Assembly: GCA_038230335.1 (NCBI GenBank)
Contig: JBBRNL010000003.1
Span: 59,085 to 123,084, forward strand
Length of the DNA: 64,000 bases
Source: Chthoniobacterales bacterium
Lineage (GTDB): Bacteria; Verrucomicrobiota; Verrucomicrobiia; Chthoniobacterales; UBA10450
Direction: 5' to 3'
In this document: positions 20,640 through 28,467 of the stretch, piece after piece
Layout of the letters: each line of letters starts with the position of its first letter
Numbering within the stretch: the stretch's first letter is position 1
The notes under the pieces: model-generated
The model's database searches: none
What the model saw: only the letters and a program-made list of their open reading frames with translations
What the model was told of the DNA's origin: nothing
Translations under genes and position numbers: made by a program

Positions 20640-21335
20640 TTGAAGACATTGGGAATCATTGGCGGTCTCGGTCCCGAAAGCACGATCGAGTACTACAGCA
20701 CGATTATTGAGCTTTACCGGGAACGAGTGCAGGACGGAAGTTATCCGCAGTTCATGATCAACAGCGTCGACCTGAAGAAAGGGGTCGATTTGATCACGGC
20801 CAACGATCTGACCGGCGTCGCGAGTTACCTGGCGGACGAGATTCAGAAGTTGGCCCGGGCCGGTGCGCAGTTTGGTTTAATCGCCGCCAATACGCCACAT
20901 ATCGTGTTTGACGAGGTGGCTGTGGCTTCGCCCATCCCGCTGATCAGCATCGTCGAGGCCGCGCTGGCAGAGGTAAAGGCGCGTAGCTGGACGCGCCCGG
21001 CCTTGTTTGGAACACGCTTCACGATGCAGGGATCGTTTTATCGAAAGGTGTTCTCGGGCGGAGGAATCGAGCTCATTGTTCCAGAGGCGAGCGACGCGGA
21101 ATACATTCATGAAAAATATATGGGCGAGTTGGTGCTCGGAAAATTTCTGCCCGAAACGCGAGCCGGGTTGCTTGAGATTGTGGATCGATTGCGGGAGAAA
21201 CGCAGTATCGACGTAGTCATTCTGGCCGGAACGGAGCTGCCGCTGACCTTGCGCGAATCGGCCCATCAAGGCATTCCGTTTCTGGACACGATGAGGGTCC
21301 ACGCCGAAGCGGCGGTGGACGAAATGCTTTCGTGA
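20640..21335 (+). CDS. aspartate/glutamate racemase family protein
   Basis: TTG start. MKTLGIIGGLGPESTIEYY and ILAGTELP are conserved Asp/Glu racemase motifs. Confidence 0.85.
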   Translation: MKTLGIIGGLGPESTIEYYSTIIELYRERVQDGSYPQFMINSVDLKKGVDLITANDLTGVASYLADEIQKLARAGAQFGLIAANTPHIVFDEVAVASPIPLISIVEAALAEVKARSWTRPALFGTRFTMQGSFYRKVFSGGGIELIVPEASDAEYIHEKYMGELVLGKFLPETRAGLLEIVDRLREKRSIDVVILAGTELPLTLRESAHQGIPFLDTMRVHAEAAVDEMLS

Positions 21336-21423
21336 TTGGAGGCGCGAGCTCCCTCGTCCCCCTGAGCGGTTACTTACTTGTTGGGCCGGACCCGCTGGGA
21401 GGATTTGGGCACCAGGAATTTTT

Positions 21424-21459
21424 CGCCACAGATTTGAGAGCCCCTAATCCCCACAGATG
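21424..21459 (-). repeat. dispersed intergenic repeat, core copy 6 (inverted)
   Basis: The plus strand reads cgccacagatttgagagcccctaatccccacagatg, which is the reverse complement of the core. A further half-site-like aatctgtgttcatctggggctaaaa follows at about 21485-21510. Confidence 0.8.
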
Positions 21460-21764
21460 GAGAGACAGGAAAAGTCTTCCTGCAAAATCTGTGTTCATCT
21501 GGGGCTAAAACTCTTTTCCGATTGGACGGCCCAACATCGTCGAGATGCCCCAGTTGAGCGCGTTATGGTGTGTCAGGTGGACGTCGCTTCGGGCTTAGTC
21601 TACACGGCCAGGTTGATGTGGGTTGACTTGGCGAACGTAATTACCTAGAAACTTCCCCGACTCGATTGGGTCCGACGTTTTGATCAGATCTTGGGCAGGC
21701 GGAAGAAATTCGCGCAGGCCGGGTTCTTGCCGCAGCGCCGCTCGACGAGCTTTCCCGCCCGCTT

Positions 21765-22757
21765 ATGAAACAAAATATTACACTGTTGTTCCCCCTGAAG
21801 AATCACGCTGTTTTTCTGATGGCGCTGGGCGCGGCGGCTGGACTCTCTTTCTTCGCGTCGCCCAGTGCGAACGCCCAGGTATCCGACAGGCGTCGTCCCC
21901 GTCCCGACTTTGGACCGACCGGACCTACGGGCGCGACAGGTCCAGCGGGCGTCATGGGCAACACCGGAGCCACCGGCTCCACTGGAGCGGCTGGCGCCAT
22001 GGGGACGGCGGGTGCTAACGGAGCGACCGGACCTTCCGGAGCAACCGGGCAGAATGGCGCGACTGGCGCGCAGGGTCCAATGGGCACAACGGGTACGACT
22101 GGCATGATCGGTGCAACCGGAGTCACCGGCGCGACGGGAGCATTAGGCGCGACCGGAGCCACTGGTCCGACCGGACCCGAGGTTTCTTCAGCATTCGCTT
22201 ACGTTTACAACGTCGCTGCGGAAACGGTCGCCACTGGTGTTTCGGTTGCGTTCAGCAACAGTGGGCCGGCTCAAAACATAACACTCACAGGCACGACAGG
22301 TTTAGTCTTGGGCACGGACGGGACATACCTTCTGGAGTTTCACGTCCGCGGCAGTTCTTCGAGTTCCGGTGCGATCGTATTTCAACTCGATGCCGATGGT
22401 ATTCAAATTCCCGGATCGGAATATTCCAGCCAACTCCCGCCGGCCGCCGCGATTTCTTTTCAAAAATTGCCCGAGGTCCAAGCCGTCTCCAACAGCTCCA
22501 CGGTCGCGGTCAACGGTATTGTCACGGCTGGATTGACGGCTGGAACGCTTGTCAGCCTGCAAAATGCGACTCCGCTGTTGGCCAGCGTCACTCTCCCCGC
22601 GGATGTAAACAGCCCGGTGAACGCTTCTCTGCGCATCGAGCGAATTGGGCCATTGACTGGTGCCACTGGGGCGACCGGTCCCACTGGTTTCACTGGTCCA
22701 ACTGGCCCGACCGGGATCACTGGCCCGACGGGGATCACTGGCCCGACCGGTCCTTAA
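21765..22757 (+). CDS. collagen-like triple-helix-repeat protein (G-x-T repeats flanking a globular domain), secreted
   Basis: A signal peptide is followed by about 90 aa of [22 protein letters not shown]..., then a globular region of about 150 aa, then a second [32 protein letters not shown] tract running to the C-terminus. Confidence 0.8.
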   Translation: MKQNITLLFPLKNHAVFLMALGAAAGLSFFASPSANAQVSDRRRPRPDFGPTGPTGATGPAGVMGNTGATGSTGAAGAMGTAGANGATGPSGATGQNGATGAQGPMGTTGTTGMIGATGVTGATGALGATGATGPTGPEVSSAFAYVYNVAAETVATGVSVAFSNSGPAQNITLTGTTGLVLGTDGTYLLEFHVRGSSSSSGAIVFQLDADGIQIPGSEYSSQLPPAAAISFQKLPEVQAVSNSSTVAVNGIVTAGLTAGTLVSLQNATPLLASVTLPADVNSPVNASLRIERIGPLTGATGATGPTGFTGPTGPTGITGPTGITGPTGP

Positions 22758-22907
22758 TCTGTTAACACGCGCAACCGTCCTCTTGATCTGGCCTGGAACG
22801 ATCGGAGTATGGCAGCTCGGGCTGGATCATGGATTCGGTTGTCACCGCCTTGAATCATGGGAGCCGCCGCCTCCCGCATCGTGAATAAATCCGAGGTCGT
22901 ATTTCCG

Positions 22908-24248
22908 ATGCGTCTTAGATTTCCGCACGCGCTGACTCTTCTGGTCGGAGGAATTGTCATTGCCGCCGTGCTGAGCCACGTCCTGCCGGCGGGCGAATAT
23001 GACCGACGCGACGATCCTTCCACTGGCCGCAAGGTGGTGGTGGCCGGGACCTATCATGCGGTCCCGTCTCAGCCGGTTGGTTTTTTCCAGATGCTGGTGA
23101 GTATTCCGAAGGGAATGGCCGATGCCGGATCGGTCATTTTTATGGTGTTCATCAGTGGCGGGGCCTTCACCGTTATCGACCAAACGGGCGCATTGCGAAA
23201 TGCGGTCGGATGGCTGGTGCGAAAGCTGGAGCGACGCCGAGTCCTGGTCATCCCGATCACCTGCCTGTTGTTTGCGCTGGGTGGTGCCATTGAAAATACG
23301 CAGGAGGAAATCATCGCGCTTGTCCCGGTGCTGTTGTTGCTGACCCGCCGGCTTGGCTACGATCCGTTGACGGCAGTCGCCATGAGCCTTGGCGCGGCCG
23401 CGGTCGGATCCTCCTTCAGTCCGGTCAATCCCTTTCAGGTCATCATTGCGCAGAAGCTGGCGCAGTTGCCCCTCGTCTCCGGAGCGGTTTTCCGGATTGT
23501 GTTCCTTCTCCTCGCCATCGCCATCTGGATCGCATGGACGATTCGTTATGCTTCGCGCCACGCAAGCGCGGCCGATACGCGCGATGGTGAAGATGGTGAA
23601 CGTTTCGATTTGCGCAAGATTCTGGTCCTCGCGGTCGTGATCGTCTCATTCAGTATCTTCGTTTACGGCGTCGTTCAATTGGGCTGGGATTTTGACCAGA
23701 TGTCCGCCCTGTTTTTCGTTATGGGCGTGGCGGCCGGGTTGATTGGGCGTCTCGGCCTCGACGGAACAGCGCGCGCGCTCGTGGAAGGTTTTCGATCGAT
23801 GGCGTTCGCGGCTCTGCTCATTGGCTTTGCCCGCGCGATTTTTGTGGTGATGGGCGACGGAAAGATCGTCGACACGGCGGTCAACGCCCTCGTCACGCCG
23901 CTCGGCCATTTGCCGGTCGCGCTCTCTGCCTTCGGCATGATGATTGTGCAAACTTTGATTCATTTTCCGGTCCCAAGTGTGAGCGGGCAGGCTGTGCTTA
24001 CGCTGCCGGTTCTGGTACCGCTTTCGGATCTCCTTGGACTTTCCCGGCAAGTGACGGTGCTGGCCTATCAATATGGCGCGGGCATGTGCGAGCTTCTCAC
24101 TCCGACGAACGGCGCGCTCATGGCCGTGGTGGCGGCGGCCGGAGTGCGTTTCGAGCAGTGGTTGAAATTTGTCGTGCCGGTTTATCTGATGATTGTTGCA
24201 CTCGGTGCGCTGGCCGTGTTTGTGGCGATTGCGACGGGACTGAAATAG
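22908..24248 (+). CDS. YfcC/DcuC-like (C4-dicarboxylate anaerobic carrier family) integral membrane transporter
   Basis: ORF 22857..24248, with start taken at MRLRFPHALTLLVGG. It is polytopic and hydrophobic throughout. The N-terminal pattern (FPH..TLL...GEYDR) resembles YfcC-family proteins. Confidence 0.65.
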   Translation: MRLRFPHALTLLVGGIVIAAVLSHVLPAGEYDRRDDPSTGRKVVVAGTYHAVPSQPVGFFQMLVSIPKGMADAGSVIFMVFISGGAFTVIDQTGALRNAVGWLVRKLERRRVLVIPITCLLFALGGAIENTQEEIIALVPVLLLLTRRLGYDPLTAVAMSLGAAAVGSSFSPVNPFQVIIAQKLAQLPLVSGAVFRIVFLLLAIAIWIAWTIRYASRHASAADTRDGEDGERFDLRKILVLAVVIVSFSIFVYGVVQLGWDFDQMSALFFVMGVAAGLIGRLGLDGTARALVEGFRSMAFAALLIGFARAIFVVMGDGKIVDTAVNALVTPLGHLPVALSAFGMMIVQTLIHFPVPSVSGQAVLTLPVLVPLSDLLGLSRQVTVLAYQYGAGMCELLTPTNGALMAVVAAAGVRFEQWLKFVVPVYLMIVALGALAVFVAIATGLK

Positions 24249-24251
24249 AAA

Positions 24252-25019
24252 ATGATTCAACGAAAAGAATTTTTGGTCGATCCGTGTTCATCTGTGGCTC
24301 GAATTCTTTTGCAGTCGCCCCTGAGGCCCGCGCTCGAGCGTGCCTTGCTCGTTACGTGTCTCGCGGCCTCAGCCATGGCGGGCGAGCCCAACAGGGTTCG
24401 TTATGTCGCTATTGGTGACTCCTATTCCATCGGGGAAGGAGCTTCTCCTAACGAATCGTGGCCGGCCTTACTGACCCGCCACCTGAACGAGCAAGGCTTG
24501 CGCGTCGACCTCGTGGCCAATCCATCGCGCACGGGTTGGACGACGCAACAGGCGATCGATCGCGAACTTCCTGTCATGGTCAACGCCGGCCCGAACTTTG
24601 CGACACTCCAGATCGGTGTGAATGATTGGGTGCAGGGCGTGACGGCCGAAGACTTCCGCAAACGCTTTATTCTGCTCGTCGATCGAATGCTTGAGGTGCT
24701 TGGAAACAAAGATCACTTGCTCGTCGTAACCATCCCCGACTTCGGGGTCACGCCAACCGGTGCGCATTACGCGCGTGGACGCGACATTTCCGCCGGCCTC
24801 ACCGCATTCAACCAGGTGATTATGGAAGAGGCGAGAAAACGCGGCCTCCGCACAGTCGATGTTTTCGACCTGAGCAAGCGGATGCATGAGGACCTGTCCT
24901 TGCGGGCCTCCGACGGATTGCATCCTTCGGCCAAAGAGTACGCGAAATGGGAGAAAGTAATTTTCCCGGTTACGCTCGAATTGATCAAGAATGAGCGATC
25001 GATTGAGACCAATCACTGA
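24252..25019 (+). CDS. SGNH/GDSL hydrolase, exported
   Basis: Block I is YVAIGDSYSIGEG, followed by GVNDW and a DGLHPS catalytic block. The start is uncertain: a dispersed-repeat half-site lies in the first 60 nt, and an in-frame TTG sits at 24345. Confidence 0.8.
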   Translation: MIQRKEFLVDPCSSVARILLQSPLRPALERALLVTCLAASAMAGEPNRVRYVAIGDSYSIGEGASPNESWPALLTRHLNEQGLRVDLVANPSRTGWTTQQAIDRELPVMVNAGPNFATLQIGVNDWVQGVTAEDFRKRFILLVDRMLEVLGNKDHLLVVTIPDFGVTPTGAHYARGRDISAGLTAFNQVIMEEARKRGLRTVDVFDLSKRMHEDLSLRASDGLHPSAKEYAKWEKVIFPVTLELIKNERSIETNH

Positions 25020-25050
25020 TCACCGATCACTATTCACCTTCTCTAAAGAA

Positions 25051-25122
25051 TGGGCGGTGAGGGTTTCGAACCCCCGACCCTCTCGGTGTAAACGAGACGC
25101 TCTACCGCTGAGCTAACCGCCC
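25051..25122 (-). tRNA. tRNA-Val (anticodon TAC)
   Basis: The reverse complement folds by hand into a cloverleaf: acceptor GGGCGGT/ACCGCCC, D-arm GCTC-AGCGGTA-GAGC, anticodon arm TCTCG-TTTACAC-CGAGA and T-arm GGGGG-TTCGAAA-CCCTC. The discriminator is A and no CCA is encoded. Confidence 0.9.
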
Positions 25123-25584
25123 GCATGAGGTAATCGGAGAAGTGATAGGTGATTCGCGGCCCTGACAAGAGGAAGTTCCGCGACTGCGTTCCAAATTAGC
25201 GCTTCCGGTCTGCAGGTCTGAAGTTCGGTGGTTGGCGTCGAAACCGGCTTTTGGCTGCCAGTCCAGACACATCCAGTTGCCGCAGGGACCTGCCCAACTT
25301 GTCGGGCCGAACCTAGCACAGGAGGACTCATTTTGAGCCCGTTCCTTGGCCATGATTTGCAGCAAGGTGGCGCCAATTCGAGGCCAAGAAAACCAAGGAT
25401 TATTTTCCTTTCGAACATTTTTCACGAACAACTGAGGGCAGGTACACCTAGGTAAAACGGCAGATGCAGGCGCGATTAGCGACAACCCGGAAGACTCCCT
25501 GGCGTAACGGATGCTTAGAGGGGTTCGAAATGGTGGGAGACTGCCTGAGCCGGCCAGAATAGCGCTGGCAAGTCGGTCACCGCT

Positions 25585-25779
25585 TTGGTAAAACTAACGA
25601 AGGACATCAAACCCATGACTAACCAATCCAAAAAAAGCAAGAAACTCCGGTTGAATAAAGAAACATTGAAAGACCTGGGTGATCGAAACGCGGGGCAAGT
25701 TAAAGCGGGAAATAAGGCCGCTAATGCGGTGGCCCCGGGAGCTTCAAACAGAGGAACCGCAGTACAGACGATGTGTTAA
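25585..25779 (+). CDS. lanthipeptide-type RiPP precursor peptide, copy 1 (core ends ...NRGTAVQTMC)
   Basis: ORF 25585..25779 (TTG), with an alternative ATG at 25615 (54 aa). The leader KLRLNKETLKDLGDRNAGQVKAG is followed by a Ser/Thr-containing core with a single C-terminal Cys. It lies directly upstream of the LanD-LanC and LanB genes. Confidence 0.75.
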   Translation: MVKLTKDIKPMTNQSKKSKKLRLNKETLKDLGDRNAGQVKAGNKAANAVAPGASNRGTAVQTMC

Positions 25780-25852
25780 GCATGGTCGCGACTTAACATC
25801 CAAACGATAATCAATTCTCTGTTAACAAAAACTAACTAACGAATAGACCCAC

Positions 25853-26017
25853 ATGACAAAGTTGACCAAAAAAAGCCCAAAACTCCGGTTGAATAAAGAA
25901 ACATTGAAAGACCTGGGTGATCGAAACGCGGGGCAAGTTAAAGCGGGTAATAAGGCCGCTAATGCGGTGGCCAGGGGAGGTTCAAACGGAGCGACCGCAG
26001 TACAGACGATGTGTTAA
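25853..26017 (+). CDS. lanthipeptide-type RiPP precursor peptide, copy 2 (54 aa, not in the ORF track)
   Basis: Hand translation gives MTKLTKKSPKLRLNKETLKDLGDRNAGQVKAGNKAANAVARGGSNGATAVQTMC*. It is a tandem paralogue of copy 1 with a 238-bp period. The leader DNA is nearly identical and the core diverges. Confidence 0.75.
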   Translation: MTKLTKKSPKLRLNKETLKDLGDRNAGQVKAGNKAANAVARGGSNGATAVQTMC

Positions 26018-26301
26018 GCATGGTCGCGACTTAATATCCAAACGATCAGCAATTCTCTGTTATCGGAAGGCCGACCGCTGGAGGTAAATCCACAAACGTG
26101 CCGATGATGTCCCGAGGCGGCGACGGCGCACAGGTTTTGTGCTAAGACGATTAGCATTAGGCGAACTTCATGCGGGGGTTTCCCGTCGCCACCAACCGAT
26201 GAGTTGCTAGCGGTGCGGTGAGTACACAACTGCACCGCCAGAGTGCGGGGCAGATTAAATAGCCAAACCGGGTTGGATGGCGTTAGGCTTTGGCCGTATC
26301 A

Positions 26302-28467
26302 ATGCCATCGCGGTCTGACTCCATACGTTACCTGCGCAACCCGACGACGGTTGCGATCGGACAGCGCGATCGGTTCATCTTCATTCGCGAGGATGGCCAC
26401 GTCGTTGTCGACGAGGCAGGAAAACCGGATTTTGTTTCGGCGATTCTAGGCGCGCTCGGCGAGCCCCGTTCCGTGGCTGAGGTGGCACGGGCTGTTCGTC
26501 ACCCAAACGGCCGAGTTCGCTCGATTGTCCGGCAACTGGTCCGCGCGAAAGCCGTCGCCGTCGGATCGGAAAAGCTCCTTTTTACCGACGGTCCGGGAAT
26601 CTCCCGTCGGGCAAAGCCATGTCGGTGTTTGGTGCTCGGCATTTCCGGAGCTGCGCAAGCCATGTCCATCCTCTCTTTGGTGGCGAAACTGCACGAGGTT
26701 TTCGCGGAGCAGATTGATATCATCCTGACCGATGCGGCGCGGCAATTTGTGCAGCGAGAGGCCTTTTCGGCTCTTGGCGTCGAAGTCTGGCAGGATTTAT
26801 TCGAGCGGAGAGAACTCGTCAAAGTCCCGCACATGTATCTGGCCAAACGAGCCGATTTGGTCGCGATCATTCCTGCCAGCGCCCATACAATTCATCGGCT
26901 GGCGGCGGGCGAATGCTCTGATTTGTTATCGGTGGTGGTAGCGGCAACCCGGGCGCCCGTCGTGGTGGCCCCGAGCATGAATCCCAACATGCGGCACCAT
27001 CCCTCCGTGCAGCGTAATATTGCGCAGCTCCGCGCGGATGGCGTTTACGTGATTGAGCCCGCCTGGGGAATCGAGTTGAGTCGCGGCGAGAGCAGGCACA
27101 CTTCTCTGGGCAGCATCGGGGTCAACGAAAAGAATGCGCCACTTGCGTTCGAGACGGTGATGAGATTTGCCGGGCAAATAAAACGTTCTCGATCCACCTC
27201 CGCCGCGGAGTGCTGGCAGCCAATTTTAGAAAAGAATGCGCGCAGCGCGGCGCTCGAGGCGATTCAAGCGATCGCTCACCAACTGCGAAGGGTGCGGCTG
27301 AAAGACGCAAGCCTTGGCTTCGGCCACGCTGGGGTAGCCCTCTTTTTCGCCTACTTGCGTCGGGCGCGTCTGGACATCGGCGGGAACGATAGTGCGCAAA
27401 GATGGATCAACCGCGCCACCGAAACCGTCGGTTCGACCAGAATGTCTGCTTCCCTCTTCGGTGGGTTTACCGGGGTGGCGTGGGTTATGGAGCACCTTTA
27501 CGGCTGGCCTGGAGATACGGAAAAATCCGATCCGAACGGAGCCATCGACGAAGCCTTGAAAGGCTATCTTCGGTTATCCCCCTGGCGAAGAGATTACGAT
27601 CTGATCGAAGGATTGGTTGGTTTCGGAGTATACGCTTTGGAACGAATGCCGCGGCCCAGCGCCATTGATTGCTTGAACCTGGTGGTGGAACGCTTGAATG
27701 AAATTGCCGTGCGGACCGGTGAAAAAGTCACATGGTTTACTCCCCCCAAATTACTTCCGCCCTGGCAGCGAAAGGTTTGTCCCGAAGGCTATTTTAATCT
27801 GGGCGTGGCCCACGGCGTGCCCGGCGTAATCGCTTTCCTTGGTCAAGTTTCTGCGATTAACGACCAGCGTCTGACCACTCGCGTTCTCGCTCGCTCGCTC
27901 CTTAACGGAGCCGTGGCATGGCTGCTCGAGCAAAGGTCTAGCGAAGGTTCCGGCGTGGTGTTTCCCAACTGGATTGGTCCCAAAGTTCACGACATGCCAC
28001 CTCGCCTTGCCTGGTGTTACGGCGATTTTGGCGTTGCGTGCGCTTTGCTGGCAGCCGCGCGTTGCGCGGGGAAGAAGACGTGGGAAGACGCCGCCCTCGT
28101 GATTGCTCACCGTGTCGACCGGCGCCACAGAGAGGTGTCCGATATCCCCTACTGCGGGCTCTGTCACGGTGTGGCGGGCGGGGGACATATGTTTAATCGT
28201 CTCTTTCAAGCCACGGGCGAGCGCGCTTTCAAAAAGGCGGCGCAGAATTGGTTTTCTCGGACATTGGAATTGCGCCGGCCTAACGGTGGCATCGCGGGCT
28301 TTCACTTTTTGCGCCACGAGGGAAAAGCCGGGACTCGCTGGCTCAATGATCCTGGCCTGGTCGAAGGCGCTGCTGGGGTAGGACTGGCCTTGCTTGCGGC
28401 TGTATCGAGTGTCGAACCGTTGTGGGACCGTACCATGCTCTTGTCGATTCCTCCTCGAAATCAATGA
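26302..28467 (+). CDS. fusion protein: N-terminal ~105-aa domain + HFCD flavoprotein (LanD/EpiD-like Cys decarboxylase) + LanC-like lanthionine cyclase
   Basis: ORF 26290..28467 (TTG), with ATG at 26302. The HFCD motifs are LVLGISGAAQA, VPHMYL, IIPASAHTIHRLAAGECSDLL and VVAPSMNPNMRHHP (compare EpiD PASANT and PxMNxxMW). The LanC motifs are SLFGGFTGVAW, GVAHGVPGV, WCYGDFG and GLCHGVAGG (the Zn ligands Cys and Cys-His). Confidence 0.85.
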   Translation: MPSRSDSIRYLRNPTTVAIGQRDRFIFIREDGHVVVDEAGKPDFVSAILGALGEPRSVAEVARAVRHPNGRVRSIVRQLVRAKAVAVGSEKLLFTDGPGISRRAKPCRCLVLGISGAAQAMSILSLVAKLHEVFAEQIDIILTDAARQFVQREAFSALGVEVWQDLFERRELVKVPHMYLAKRADLVAIIPASAHTIHRLAAGECSDLLSVVVAATRAPVVVAPSMNPNMRHHPSVQRNIAQLRADGVYVIEPAWGIELSRGESRHTSLGSIGVNEKNAPLAFETVMRFAGQIKRSRSTSAAECWQPILEKNARSAALEAIQAIAHQLRRVRLKDASLGFGHAGVALFFAYLRRARLDIGGNDSAQRWINRATETVGSTRMSASLFGGFTGVAWVMEHLYGWPGDTEKSDPNGAIDEALKGYLRLSPWRRDYDLIEGLVGFGVYALERMPRPSAIDCLNLVVERLNEIAVRTGEKVTWFTPPKLLPPWQRKVCPEGYFNLGVAHGVPGVIAFLGQVSAINDQRLTTRVLARSLLNGAVAWLLEQRSSEGSGVVFPNWIGPKVHDMPPRLAWCYGDFGVACALLAAARCAGKKTWEDAALVIAHRVDRRHREVSDIPYCGLCHGVAGGGHMFNRLFQATGERAFKKAAQNWFSRTLELRRPNGGIAGFHFLRHEGKAGTRWLNDPGLVEGAAGVGLALLAAVSSVEPLWDRTMLLSIPPRNQ

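Noticed and set aside
6944-21510. The ATCTGTGG repeats interpreted as a CRISPR array
   Set aside because: The copies are kilobases apart, separated by ordinary genes, imperfect, and in both orientations. No cas genes are present.
21803-22738. Minus-strand ORFs 21803..22162 and 22460..22738 (PVAPV... repeats) and alternative plus-frame ORFs inside the collagen-like gene
   Set aside because: They are mirror or alternate-frame translations of the GGN-NCN-GGN repeat DNA. The plus-strand G-x-T frame has a signal peptide and is open across the whole gene.
25102-25485. Minus- and plus-strand ORFs (25102..25485, 25113..25418, 25228..25455) between tRNA-Val and the first precursor gene
   Set aside because: They overlap the tRNA gene or each other, have no motifs and have odd composition. 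I searched them specifically for integrase or excisionase remnants and saw none.
26180-26250. The hairpin gcggtgc-N15-gcaccgc between the precursor genes and the LanD-LanC gene, considered as an attenuating terminator
   Set aside because: It is not followed by a T-tract and has a long loop, so I cannot support a terminator call from the sequence alone.
26620-27160. The HFCD domain interpreted as housekeeping CoaC/Dfp (phosphopantothenoylcysteine decarboxylase)
   Set aside because: There is no CoaB (synthetase) domain. It is fused in frame to a LanC cyclase, is translationally coupled to LanB, and lies next to peptides that end in Cys. A LanD-type role is much more likely, but only a phylogeny or an assay can settle it.
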